From Antedon mediterranea (lineage: Eukaryota > Animalia > Echinodermata), in contig NC_092677.1 in the NCBI RefSeq assembly GCF_964355755.1, forward strand, positions 16,142,101 through 16,206,100: a stretch of 64,000 nt of DNA. Direction: 5' to 3'. The position numbers and the translations under genes were made by a program. A model generated the notes under the pieces. That model was not told the origin of the DNA. It ran no database searches and saw nothing but the letters and a program-made list of their open reading frames with translations. Numbering within the stretch: the stretch's first letter is position 1; every line of letters begins with the position of its first letter. This document shows positions 11,466-26,400 of the stretch, piece by piece.

Positions 11466-14400
11466 GTAAGTTGAACATTCTCTTGTAGTTGTACTCTCTA
11501 ATTTATTAGACATTTTGAAGAAATCTTGAGATAATACATAAAAGCAAAATCGAATGAACTATTTTGAAGAAGAATCTACTTATGTTAACTCTAGTTGAAT
11601 ATCTTGCAAAGGTGATGGAATGTTTCTTTATTCTGAGACTGAAGACAATTTTGAGAACCAGTCAAGAAAGATCTGGTAATCTGTAGTCTTCACCAATCAC
11701 ACTTAAGTGAAACATTTTCTTTTAGATATACTAAAGTGATTTACTAACATTATGTAAACATTTGCCATTTTTGAAAAAAATGTAGAATGTTTACTGCAAA
11801 TAAAAAGTTTGTTTGACTACCCAAACAAATAAATTGCTATTACTTAAAAATAAACAAATTGTCATTACTGTAATAGTATTATGGTCCCTTAATCTTACAT
11901 GTTGAAGAAGTTTGTTTTATACTCACTAATCAATTAATACAATACAAAGAAAAAAAACATTATAAATGATGCCTAAACATTGAATCAATTGAACAAAACA
12001 AACATTACAGCTTATATAGTAAGAAACTTGGTCATATGTAAACGTGATAAGTACCACTTACAGAATAGTAATTCCAAAATAATTTCTAAGCAGGAGAGTT
12101 GACCAAGTGTGGCGCATTCTCTGTGAATCTACTTAGAATTTAGCGCTTCCGATCGTTGAAAGCTCATCAGGACACTAGTGTGCCGTCATGTGTGACAAGA
12201 CGATTGAAGAATTGATTAATTTTATATAACCACCGACGGCATTTTCCTTTCATGATGCCAATTGCGGCATAACTTTGAATTTGCGTGTAGACTTGGATTA
12301 AGTTTTCATTTAACAATGAATGAATGTGCCACGGACATAACTTTATCACATGAATTGCTGTATTAAATGTCTATATTCACTGTATGTGGATTGATTGCAG
12401 GAATACACATACAAGAAAACAATTAATATTTTTTCTAAAGCTCTGTCTACACTATCAAACTAGTTTGACAAAAAAGTGCCCAAATATGGTAGTGATATGC
12501 TTAAGTATTGTAGTGATGACATTGTCATGTCCATATATATGCACATCACATTTGTTTGTCACATAAAGTTTAAAGCTTTCTAAATCTAAATTCAAAATAA
12601 ACTACAAAATGGCAACTTTAAATTTAATTTATAATACAGTAGAAAATTCTATTAAAGGGACATTTCAATCCAACAAATTGTTCCCTGAATGTGGTGTGTG
12701 GCAGGTTGAGACTTAAATTTTCCCTCGTTTATTTTGTGCTAAAAGTGTCCCAAATAAGGAGTTTTAACACTTCATACTTGACTACTACTCAAGATTCAAG
12801 AAATTTTATTTGTCCATAAAAATGGAAATTCACTTTGCTTGGTAGATTAAAACAACAATATTGCAACAATTTAAAACGTGCCGTGATTATAACAGATTAA
12901 AGATACAAGATAAAAAGTTTAAAATACTGTTAAAAATGTAAAACTATTTAAAAATTGCATTATCGTCTTACATTAGAATTAAAAATATGAATGCTATTTA
13001 CAAGGAAAGATTTTCTAGTTCTACAAAGATTTGCTTTTGGAGGTCGTAGCCTAATACCTGATCTATTTAAGTTATAACAGTAATGTAACGGATGAGTGGG
13101 GTCTTTCATAATATTGTTTACTTTTTTTTAAATACTCTTTTCATAGATAAATGAACAAGGCGTTAGATCAGCTTTAATAATTCGTTGTGCAATTTTACGT
13201 GGTCTCTCAATATTTTTCATATCATTTTCAGTAAAGTTACCATAAAAACATCCAATGCTAAAAGATAAAATACTTTGAATAATACTTTGATAAAATAAAA
13301 TTAAAATAGTGTTATCAACTCTAATTTGCTTGAGTTTTCAGAGAAAGTAGAGCCTTTGAGATGCCTTCTTGGAAATCATGAGAGAGTTTGACTCCCATTT
13401 TAATATGTTGTCAATTATAGTACCTAAGTATTTGTATTGGGTTAAACTCTTTCAACCTCAGTTTGAATAAAAAGAGAACAAAATTGGAGAAATAACACAT
13501 CCTTGAGGACTCAAGTATACTCCAAATAAAAGTTACACTAATTAAGCATTTATTATCATATTTTTTAAAAATTTGTCTGTAGGTGAGGGCAGTGGATGAG
13601 GGTGAGTACGTCTGCATAGCAACAAACATGGCAGAAACCAAGAGAAGCAGAGCTGTTGTGTTACTAGTTTCTGGTAAGTTAATTCAATTATAAAGCATGT
13701 TATCCACTAGGAAAATCTAGGACCAGTGTAAAGGCAGTATTAGTTCTCACTGTGTAAACCCAGGACCCTAGAAGCCCCGGAGCAAGAGCAGCCCCTAATG
13801 CAACTAGCATGTTAGAAGCCCCTTATGAGACCAGTAGCTTCCATCCCTTTTTCCCTCCCCCACCTGTGTTATGCCATTGATTAGGACTAATGACTCGGAT
13901 CATTCGGTACATGCTTTTATTTTATTATCTTGCATGTACATAAACCAACGAGCAAATGAATTTATTTAGATCTGTATTTTTACTGCTACACAGCACACTA
14001 CTTGGCAAAACTTTGAATTTGAATACCTCGGTTTGGTTGACATGTATATAATATATCAATTGCTTCCGATTGATATATCTTAAACCTTTAACATAAGGAA
14101 AGCTTTTGATGAAAGACATCAATTTCATGTATGTTAGTTATCTAATTAATTACATTTATACCTTCGATGTCCCACGAGCAACTATTAAAGAAATTTTTTC
14201 CAGCTCAATTATCCTGACTTGAATGTCATTTCATGTTCTTCCCATTAATGGATTAATTTGACAGGCTTTAAACTAGATTAGGATTCGGTGCCCAGTTACA
14301 AATAAGATTAAGATTCAGCCTTCAAGTTGGCTAACTGATATACTTGAGAGCAGTTTATTAGATGAACGTTGTATATATTCATTTAAACTGTCACGACAGT

Positions 14401-17400
14401 CTGATGTTTTTCCAACTTCAGAATTATCAGTAAAACAGTTCTTTAATTCTTCAATTTATTTAGTGTACTGTGACATAATCCTGCCAGAGCACAATTAGAA
14501 AAATAGCCAGGTGTGGATGATATTTTAGAGAGCTTTGGCGTAAAATTGTTTAATGTTTACATTAATGTTATACATTTGTCAGAGATATGTGGGCAAACTT
14601 ACTTACTTCACACAAACAGTAAAATAGAATCAACTAAAGCAAAAAAAAAATAACATTTTTATAGCAGACTTGCTACTATAAAAACCTGATTTCCAAATGT
14701 TTAGTTTTCCAATGAATAAGATTTTTGTTTTGAATGGTGTAAATGACCTAAACGACCTAAAGATTATCTTGTGTTTAGTTAATTGATCTTTGAAGATGTA
14801 CGTTCAAGAATTGTTTGTGCGAGATTTTAATAATGATACCTACTAATTGATATAAGTAATCAGGATAGATCTGTCTTATTGATCTGTTTTTGTGATTTCC
14901 TAACAGAAGGTCCAGACTTCCTGATCGTACCTGAAGACACTGTCGCCACGGTCGGTGAAACGGTCAAGCTAGAATGCCAGGCAGACGGTCAACCACTACC
15001 GGCCATTAGTTGGAGTAGACTGGAAAGTCCAATGGCAACTGGCAGGTGGGTTGATATTGAATGGTGGAGTAGTTTATAATCCTTAATGAATGAATATGCA
15101 GTAGTACAGTATTCTTCTACTCAGAGCTGTCTGAAAACAAAATGGAAAACGCTAGAGCCTTGTTCACACTAACAAATTCATGCATCTATCAAAAGAGAAT
15201 AATTTCACTATCGGGTTGTTTTGGATTGGTTTATTCCATGGTCTGGGAGCCTACGAGTCTAAGCCACAATGATTGTTTTCTTTTGACAGCATTGCCACTA
15301 CGATAGTGAATGAAATCACTTTGGTAATATCCTTGGAAATATGCCTACATTGAGATGTAGAATAAGAATAACATCATTACAAAATATTCTACATCAGTAG
15401 CCATCTAGAATTCAGTATTTCTTAAAGACATCATGGATGTTCTACTTCTTAGCAAAATGTAATAATTACTTTCTTAATGTATAACAAAAAAAAACAGTTG
15501 TGAAAATCCTGCAAGGACTTGCTTTTAATCGGCTTATTTTAATAGGACTGTCACCTCCTCTGAAAAAATTGCAATCATTATTACAACGGGTGTTCATGGC
15601 GTGTCGATAGATACAGATTTAACTGTCAAAGATGATGAGAAACCATTGAAAGGCTTGAATCCAAGAAATTGCAAAACGCTTGAAAACGAGTACGCTAGGA
15701 GGATAATACGGATTTACATCCGTCAAACATTCTCGTGTTTGATGACTGATTGCTCAAGGAATGACTAATGGCATAAAATCATATAGGCTGTAACAATTAG
15801 GTAAATAACATATATCCAGTAGGATCTCAGGCGATTTTTACATAACTAATTATGTGTGATCAGAAGATGACAGCGAATGTATAGATGTTTTATTTCACAA
15901 AATCCAATCAATACTTTTAATGACCTTGTAGATTGATGAGGATTTTCAAAAAAATTCTGATAAGAAAATCAAAGAAAACAGAAACTAGTATCCAAATTGA
16001 AACTTAAATGTAAGACTTTAGGTTTAGAACTTCTGTTTTGTAAGAAAACAAAATTATTAACTTTAGATAAAGACACTGTTTTTTCTCAAAATATAATTCT
16101 TTCAATTTTAATTTGTAAAAGTCTTTTTTTTGTTTCAGTCAGACTACGCCTACAATTACACTTTTTTTACACTATCAATATTTTATTTTCAGTTGTGTAA
16201 GACTTTAGGTTTAGAACTTCTGTTTTGTAAGAAAACAAAATTATTAACTTTAGATAAAGACACTGTTTTTTCTCAAAATATAATTCTTTCAATTTTAATT
16301 TGTAAAAGTTTTTTTTTTGTTTCAGTCAGACTACGCCTACAATTACACTTTTTTTACACTATCAATATTTTATTTTCAGTTGTGTAAGACTTTAGGTTTA
16401 GAACTTCTGTTTTGTAAGAAAACAAAATTATTAACTTCAGATAAAGACACTGTTTTTTCTCAAAAAATATATATTTGTTTAATTCTTTTAATTTTAATTT
16501 GTAAAAGACTTTTTTTCAGTCAGACAACTCCTATAATTACACTTTTTTTTTACACTATCAATATTTTATTTTCAGTTGTGTAGGGTAGTTAAGGTAAATT
16601 CAAAATCAGACAAAAAGCATCCCCAAAACTTAAACCTCTCTCAAAAACCAAAATGTCCAATATTTTATAGTGTATTATGATATTATTTTGGTCTGGATGT
16701 ATAAGCCTCTCTTTACCCAGTTAAGTTTTTACAAGAAATGCTTAACAATCATGTTTTTTCCTAAATTAGGGATTCCCCGAGTACAGTCCCACCCTTCAAA
16801 ATCAGCCCAATTTCGTATTATAGGGGTGTGGGATTATACTAGAGGATGTACGATAATTTATTTGAACCTTTAAATTTTGTATTTTTTAAATTTATTTAAC
16901 CTTAATTTCATTGTACTGTACTGCATGTTTGTTATACCTTAAAATGGTTGTAATATTTGTTGTAAATTATTATGTGAATAAGAGTGTCAGTAGTACGTTC
17001 TGTGAGTTAATGAGAAAATTGGAAAAACAACATTTTGTAATAATTACAAATTAATAAAACGTATCGGGTATATTACCTGTATGTATTAACAACTGATATT
17101 AATTTGTTAGCAAACATTTTCTAAATAATCCAATTACATTACAAGGCCATCTTATCATTGGATCCTCATACCTAAGCTCTAATTCCAGCCCTCAATTTCC
17201 TGAGGCAAATTAATGAAAGATGATATTGATTAGGGCCTCAGAGAGAGTTTCAATTGATATTTTATTCTACCATACAGTATATTATATGGTTCAGTGATCA
17301 GGTTTTGGTTTTCATTGAGGAAAGCATGGGTTCGAATCTATCAATGAAGTCTGAGAGTTTAAATTACATGGTTTCAATGGCCAAGCGTTTTTTTTTTAGA

Positions 17401-20400
17401 CATTTTAATTGATTATGGGTTACATTAGTTAAATGTTCATTTATCAGGCTTTACTCAAGTTTTATCAATGTGTTTGAATTTTTCTATCTATATTCAACAG
17501 AAGAGAACACTTCATTTGTAGCGAAATTACAATTTACTTTTAATTTTAATGAAATGTATACTTATATCTATTAGGGTAGCAGTACTGGAAGACAACTCTC
17601 TCCGCATCAGGGATGCAACTATAGCCGATTCTGGCACATACGTCTGTACTGCACAGAGCCAAGTTGGGAAGAAGTCAAAACAAGCTATTATCAAAATAGT
17701 CGGTAAGTAAACTATTATTAGAAGACCAGAACTAGAATGTGAAATTATTGTTTGTTTGTTTGTTTTCACACAAAATTGAGTAAGTATTTTATATAATACA
17801 TGTTTCTTAATATTTGGTCATTGTTACCAATCGGTATCCATGATATACACATATGGAGAGTTCACCAAGATTGTCTATAAAAGCAATGAATAAAAATCTG
17901 ATCATACACAAATTGGAGCATAGTGCAGTTCTACTCATTTAAATAAAACTCTATTCATATGGAATTCAAATTCAGAGAATGTTTATGTATGTCGTCGCTG
18001 TATTCTTTGTCATTAGATCATGTTCGGTTTCAGTTTGATTAAGTGTGAATATAGCTTAAGGGTCCATGAGAGGGATGTTTGCATGCCTCCTATGCTATTA
18101 AAAAGCCCACATGATTCATCTTTCGGGGTAGCTGTCTAGTCTCTGTAGTGTTTGCTTCAAACGAAGTATAATCAAATTAAACCACATAAGCCATGATACT
18201 GATGATATGCAAACAATGTTATGACACATGTATTGAATTTAATAACATTGTAATTACATTAGGTAATAGGTAACTCGGTGAATGCCGCATTTCTCTATCA
18301 TATAAATTAGAAGCACATATTTTTGTCTTTATACTCAGTTCATATTCTTTAAAACATTCATTAGACATTTAGATTATATTCTGTTTTAAAATTGATTGGT
18401 TGTTAATTGATGAGTAGGTGTATTTAGTACATTCACTTGAAGCAATATAGACGATTTTACAGAGAAGAATGTCTTGCGGAGTTTTTAATTGAGTGTAGAG
18501 TGCATGAAATTCTTTATTACACTTTAGGTCATTGCTCCTGAGAAACAAGTCTATATTCGCTCTGGCTCTCCGGAATTATATGTAACTTTCCTATGTGTAG
18601 GCCTATCTCTACTAAATTTCAGAGATCACCTAAATTCTCCAAGGTTGGTAACCATTGAATTTTCCTATATTCTTGGGTCAACTAGGATTACTTCATATAG
18701 GATCCTATAGGATATTTTTACCAAGGGTTGCCTTGGAACTTTGGCTTTGGTCTGCAAAAGTAATCTCGAAAAGAAGCCCATCTTGATATCAAGCCCACTG
18801 GGCTTTTTTTCAAGCCAGTGTAGGCTTTTTCAAGATCAAGGAACAAGATAACTTGTGCTGCAGGTATAATCCCTGTGGGCTTCTTTTCGAGGTTCCATGG
18901 GATGATGTTGTTGAAATGTAAATTATTTGTTCTTATAGCAAGCATAGACTTTCTGACGGAGCCAGTAGATGTGACTGTAAATGAGAATGGTGTTACCAGT
19001 TTCCAATGCGTTGCTAATGGCAACCCTAAGCCAACAGTTTTCTGGCAAAAAGATGGAGTTGGTGTATGTATAAATATTTAATATTTTCTTTATTCTAACC
19101 AATATTGTATTATTTAATATTGTCTTAAAGATGTATTGTCCCCAACAACATCATCATCAGACTTTCATAGACCATTTTGTAGTTTTAATAAACTTAATCA
19201 CTTCCGTAGAAAAAAAACGAACGAACGAACAAATTATGTTAACACATATAAAAAGACAAAATAAATTGATAATTCAATAAAAAATGTTACTATTTTTTTA
19301 CTTTAAAATACTGTTTTTTCAGGTAAATACTTGTTTTTTCTATGCAATTTTTGATCAAAGTAAATAAAGATATTATTTGACATTTATTTGTTTTCAGTGG
19401 AAAATATATCTTTAATATAATATTGTTATCTTCATAATTCATCTTAGTAGTTGATTCAATTTTACATAAATATTTTGTTGAATCGCATCAGACACCCACA
19501 TAGATATCAAACTCATAATTGCATGTCTTATTGAATTCCATGTTGGCCTTCCTTTGTAATATCAGACAAATTGCGATAATACGAGAAATAATCTATTATA
19601 AAAGGTCACTATGAAATATACTTATGTCTTGACACACATTTAATGAATTTGGAAGGTCAAAGATGATTGACCATTGTCGTTTCAAATAGTATTGGCTGCC
19701 CGGGAAATTATAATAAATTTAATTGACAGAAATGTTCACAGTTTAAAACATAATTACAGTATCGTAAGATAATGTTCGAAATAATTAATGTCATTACTTT
19801 TTACAGGACTTGTTCATGTTTCCTGGTCAGAATTACAACCGATATTCTGTATTAGAAGATGGGACATTGACTATCGTTCGTGTGCAGACATCTGACGAAG
19901 GGCGTTATGTATGTTCTGCCGTTGGCCAGTCTACTGTCTCCACAAGTGCTTATCTTACCGTTGAAGGTATGTGCAAGTGTTCGCAAGGATTCTATTTATT
20001 GAATCTTATTGGTCTTATGTGAGCAGTATCAATTCTGGCATGCAAACCCAGGGTTTACTTTATCATAAGGTGCCATTATGCTATATCATGGGCCGGTTTA
20101 AAGACTTGATCCTAGAGGTTTGATTATGCCATCCTGGTGCTAATCATGGGATTAAGGACTCAATTCTAAGTTTCTATCCTGGGGCTTGATACTTGGATTC
20201 TTAGTATTATTGAGAACAATCCTGAACCTTTTGCCAAGGGCCCAATCAAGCATGGTCAAGCAGCAAACTCCATCCTAAAGCTTCTTTTAGAGCTTGTTTT
20301 AGGGCTCAATGCTAGGGCTCTATCCCACAGTAGTGTTTTCATTGATAATTACTTTCTAATACATTTTAGAGTGCAACTATGGCTTTCTCTCGTCCTACCT

Positions 20401-23400
20401 CTATCCCCTTCCTTGATATAGGGATACAGATGTACCGGAAAAAGATTTAGTACAAATTCTGTTAAATAATTTTATATACCTAAATCAATGCCACCTTAAT
20501 TGAAGTCCCCTTCTGAGAGCTAAACTGGAAATATTAACTACCTGTACTTTCTATTCCTGACTGACTGTAAATATCATAGTGCATCCCATTCCCCATTAAA
20601 AAACATAATCTTGTATTCAATCCAATACAACGACATTATTATTTTGTCTTCCGGGGCAAAGACAGAAATATGTCTACAAACACAATAATTCACAATGTGT
20701 TCGATATATCATTATGCGTCCTTGGTATCTCAGTGTTAGAACATCTTTGCATTTAGGTAACGATCCAACATTATTGCAGGTGAATTTGGCATGACAGACA
20801 GTCGGGCTCTTGTGAACATGCACCTTGAATTGTCCATAACAACAGCCGTATAATTGATAAATGAAATTACAAAGTTGTTGCTATGGAAATTATCAATAAT
20901 GTTTGTTTATGCAACATTGTGGGGATTTTGTGAATTGCAATAACAATGTTTTACAAATGTAGAGAAGTTAAATTTTGACGTTCAAATGAATTATCACACA
21001 CTAATTGTTCATAAAGTATAAACACATCTGTGAATTCTATTTTTTGCTTACTAAATTATTTTTAACTCAAACTTTACTGCTTTAAACAAATTAATTGCGT
21101 CATATAAATTAAACCTACTGTCAATTGGTAATATACTTTTATTTATATTGACTAAACTCCAACCAAGAGGTTGTTAATAAACTGAGTGATTTTTTTTTCT
21201 GTTTGCATCGATCAAATGTTTTACGATCAGCCTAACGTACTTTAAAAAAGAAGAAGTAATTGCATCATACCATCCATTATGTAATTCTCCAGCTGACCTT
21301 TGAAGTGTACTTTCACTTATTGTATATAATGGCCTTCATTGATATTGGGGTTTTGTGAAACACAGTGATATTTGAAACATTTACAAAAATGAACATGTGC
21401 GGAAATATTGACACGATGCATATAAAACAGACAATTTATGGACATTTTTCAATAAGAAAACTGAAATTAATTATAATTAGAAGTCACCATAATATTGTAT
21501 CATAATATACCCGTATATAATTGTGTTAAGTGTCTTCTTTCACTGTGACAACGCATTTTTTATTCATGCTGCCTCTCCAAGTTAAAGAATGAGTGCCAGC
21601 AAAGGTTAATAAACTCTTTTTAAAAATTTATTTAGTTTTGATAACCTTCATCCACATATTAATTGTTTTTATTATAATTTATTAAAACAAAAAATAATAT
21701 CACGTCAAACAGTCACGCTGCACATACACACATGTTTTCACATAATGACAGTGCATTGCAGTTACTTGGTGCACCATAGAAAGGCCACATTCTGTGTTTT
21801 AATGCTCGAGTGCGGATGATTGCGGTAAACCTTTTTTTCTTTTTTGTTTGTCCATAATTATTGTGTTTTACCGATATTATTCCATAATTAAAGGCCAAAT
21901 CATAATTTTGCTTTATACACAATACAGTAGTTTGTATGAATTTCTATAGGATTTATCTTATAATTTCCGTACATTCATATTTTTGGAGTACTTTTGTAGC
22001 ATACAGACAGACATATACTTGAAAAGTCTGTTACAGTCATTTTTTATGAACATTATATATCTATATTCTATTTTTATATCAGAATTTTTTTAATGACAAA
22101 TCAAGGCCTAGTTTAATAAAGATAACTCCACTGTATCATATAATATATCTATTGCTTTTTGTATCCTTGGCAAAGTGCATCATCTATATTATCTCTCTCC
22201 AACCAGGAGTATGAGTGGGTACCTGGGGGGTTCAATGTCACTGCCATGGTTACAACAGTAACATTATGAAATATTTCACACAGATGGGGTTGTAATTCAT
22301 CTATAGAATAAATTAAGTAGATTTAAAACCTTGGTTGATAAGGTCCTTGTATTGTAATGGTAAATGTTTTATTAGCCACATTTAATGTTAGGCCTAAGTG
22401 CCATGGTCAATAATATTTACATTAAGAAAGTGGACAGTTAAGTGCTATGGTGCTTTTATGTGCTTTCTAACCCAAGAGTTACCATATTTCGAATAAACGC
22501 TCCACTTTAAATGCCGTCCCTACCCCTTGAATAAACCATATGCCTTCCCCATCCCCTCATTGAACAGCATTTTGAATACACATCCACATCGAATAAAAAC
22601 CCCAGTATTCATTGACTGCCATGATCTACAAGGTACCAAACATTTTGATCTCTTCTTGATATTAATTTTCATACCTACCTGATATATTTCTTTGATAATT
22701 TTGATTTAAAAAAATAAAGTCCTAACTTTAAAAAATTTAAACAATAAACAAACGGAAAAAGAATAAAAAAATAAAGAGAAAAGGAAGACAAACAATAACA
22801 TAAAAAATTATAATACAAAAGATAAAATAAATAATATGATTAAATAAAATCTTATTTATTATTTTTCTTTTAGCTGTAATAGATAGTTACCCACCAGTGA
22901 TAGATATTGGAGTTGTCAACCAAACATTAACTGTCGGAGAGAATGCAATGCTTCCCTGTCAGGTTATATCTACAGACCAAACCAACATATTGTGGCTGAA
23001 AAATAATGCACCCATCAGTAGGAATGACAGGTAAGGATAACAACACCAAAAGTTTTGAAAAACTAAGATGTTTTAAATTAGCCATATTGTAAAACAAATA
23101 TTCTTTGCATATTTTGAGTTTATGGTTATAACTTTGGGTCTTGGTTCCTCAATTAGGGCTACTACTGTAAAACCAGAAACTTTCGCGACATGAAACTTTC
23201 ACAAAAAGGTTACATCTGCTATTTTTTAATTAGAAGTAAAGTAAACAATGTATGAGATTGCGTCCATCCATCGTGAACACGACCTTCGTACTGTATTACA
23301 ATGCATGTACTCTGTACCAATAGTATAAATACAGTAACGCATTGTAGTAAACAAGATCGTATCAACCATCGTATTCACAACCTTGGTGTTAATACTTCTT

Positions 23401-26400
23401 AAAAAGCATTCGCGGCATGATACCATGGAAGACTCCATGATGATACTTTCATTTTTGTTTTATAGTATTCGTTTTGTGATTAATGATAATAATAATAATA
23501 AACAGTATTTATATATAGCGCCTATGGATCACTGACCCCTCTAGGTGCTTTACATTAGACCTTAACTAATGGTAATAAACTATCCCTTCGTGAGGTGGTT
23601 TCCCGAATGATTGTAAAATCAAAACGGTACTGTGTATGACCAACTAGCGTTATTGTTACCGACTAGTCATCCATTCATAGAAGTACTGATGTAGTAGCCT
23701 ACCTGTACGGTGACCATAGAATGTGACCCGAGGCATGACTAACTATGACTTTTTAGTTGATAGAAGATTGAAAAAATGGTTAAGAAGAGTTATACTGTAT
23801 GTGGATGTTTAATGAAATTATGTCAAACATTTTTTTTTTTTTTTTTACACACTATAGGCATATCTATAGGCATATAAATAGTAATGTTTGTTAGTAAAAA
23901 TAATTTTGAGTTAATAAGAATAAGATATAAGGAAGAAAAGCAAAGAGACTATGGAGCGGCTATTCCTGAATATACAATAGGCCTACTAAGTATCGTAGAT
24001 TTAAATTATAAATTTTAGGCGATCTTGTCAAAGGTCAAGCGCTATATAGCCTGCCACGTTTCGATATTCAATATTGAATATTGACACCATTCCGGATTGA
24101 GGGAGTACCTGCTTTGCACCGGGTATCTTTGTTAGTATCCCAACAATATTATAATGATCACATTATAGAATATTAAAACTTTACAAGTTAAACATGACCC
24201 TGGTGTGGTCCATTGAAGGCCCCTGTTGGGCGCCACTTGATGGCAGCACTCGACAGTTTTGTACAATTGTTAAAATCAGACTTTAAAAAATGTTCTATCA
24301 ACTATGACTTTTAGCTATAGAATATGATTTTGTTTTTAATGATGCCTGCAGCAATACAAGGTTTTTTTAATTTTTAAAATGAACATTCAAAAGATAATTA
24401 TGATATTATACATGCCAAGAGTTCATGGATTGCTATTACGTGCGTCAATGTGCACTTATCAATGTGATCCAGCAATCCAAACTCGATTTCCATAGTAAAT
24501 CTCCATAATCTTTAAAATCCTTCCCTTCTATATGTATTCTCTTACTACAGTATATTCATATGTTGGATTGACATCATACATGTCTGACATATGCTTAAAA
24601 TTATTCTGTTCACCTTATCAAACTTGAATTGTGCAAATTAACAAAACGCACATTTTTTCTTCATAAATTTAATGTCCAGTTTATTCTGTTTCTGTATATA
24701 AATATTTATTATTATTTCAAGAGGTACCCACTTGTGTGTTAAAGTTTTTTTACGAATAAAATGTTTTAGTCTATTCTGGTTTATTATAAACAAAGACATT
24801 GCATTACAAATTGCTTTTTGACTTTTTGACTTTTTCAAAAGATAGAAGATACCAAAAACTATATAAAATTTAACAAGAACAAAAAAAACCATTCAATTTA
24901 AATGTACAAATCTAGATTAAAATGTGCACATAAAAATATTAGATGCATCACATACAAAAAAAAGATATTAGCACAAAATTATGAATCAAAATTTTAAGTT
25001 CAAAAACAATATATATATAGATAATACATTAAATAAATTTTGCACACAATATATACAACCTTAAGATTGTACTATACTTTTTTATGATTGATAATTTCAG
25101 TTTGTTTATATAGCAGTTTTATTCTAAATTTTTTTCTTCTAACTTTTCTACAACCTGAATAAACTAAATATTCTGTCGCACAACTATACATACTTCTCTA
25201 AGAAATGAAATAAAAATAAATCGATAAACCATAAGTTTAGATATGTTCTAAATCAATTTCCTTCTTCTTTTTTAAAGAATAACACAACTAGATTCTGGAA
25301 CTCTGCAGATCTCGGCTCTCCACTCCACCGATTCAGCTTTGTACACATGCGTCGCAACTAGAAGCAGCTATCAAACTAAGTGGAATGCCACATTGCTTGT
25401 TATAGGTGATTATACTGCTGTTACTGCAGCATTGCTGCTGTAGTTTATTAGCAATAGAGTAAAACAGCAATATTTTATGTTGGTATAGATTAATATAATA
25501 GTTCATTAATGATTCTAATTGTGAGTAGTGTGTTTTTTCAGTAGGCCTACCTAATCTAGAATGTTGGGAAAGAGGAATTGCAAATTGGGGTATGGAATCC
25601 CCTCCAACAGCCCTGTGCCATGTCACCACCACACTGAAAAGCCTTTTCAATGTTAAGAGATTGCTTTCCAATTAAACCATGCCATTGGTTAAAGAATTTA
25701 TTACTGGCTAGTGCTAAATGCTAGTTCCTGGAAAATGAACTTTCATATCCCACTTTTATTGTATCTAAAAATTGGGTATAAATATATATCCAATCTGCAG
25801 ACAGTACTGTTTGGATCTTATTAGATCTCGTCAGTGCAACTTATATTTTTCATTTTCATAATCTCCTTAAATAATAATTTTCAATATTCTATATCGTTAA
25901 ATCTCTCCACGTGTTGTAGTGGAATTTTAAATTGAAATCCTTTTTAGAAAATGTTAAATGAGGCTGAACCCGACATAATTTAGACAGTCTAAGAAGACTA
26001 ATAAACAGATGTTACAGAGTCTTTTGAAATGAGCTATTATTCTAAAGTAAAATTTGTATTCAACTTCATTAAGAGTATTGTTAATGATTTTATTATCAGG
26101 TGCAGATGAGATTGAGAAAATTGGAATACGAAAAATGCCACCTGAAAAGGATTTACCTTCATCACCACGGCAACTGATTGTTAATAATATCACAGGAAGC
26201 TCTGCATTATTGTCATGGCAACAGCCAGTAAACAGTGGAGGAAGCGTCATTAGTCATTACCGATTAGACTATTTTATAGATGAAGGATTACAAGGTGAAA
26301 TATTTTTAATTATTTACTACTGTACTAGCAAATACTGCAGGTTCAAGTCATTCCTCGACCAGTTTTAGTGGTGAGTGAGTGGCCAAGAGGTTAAGACAGT

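Noticed and set aside
15997-16583. Three similar overlapping ORFs
   Set aside because: Products of the 187-bp tandem repeat; composition reflects AT-rich non-coding DNA.
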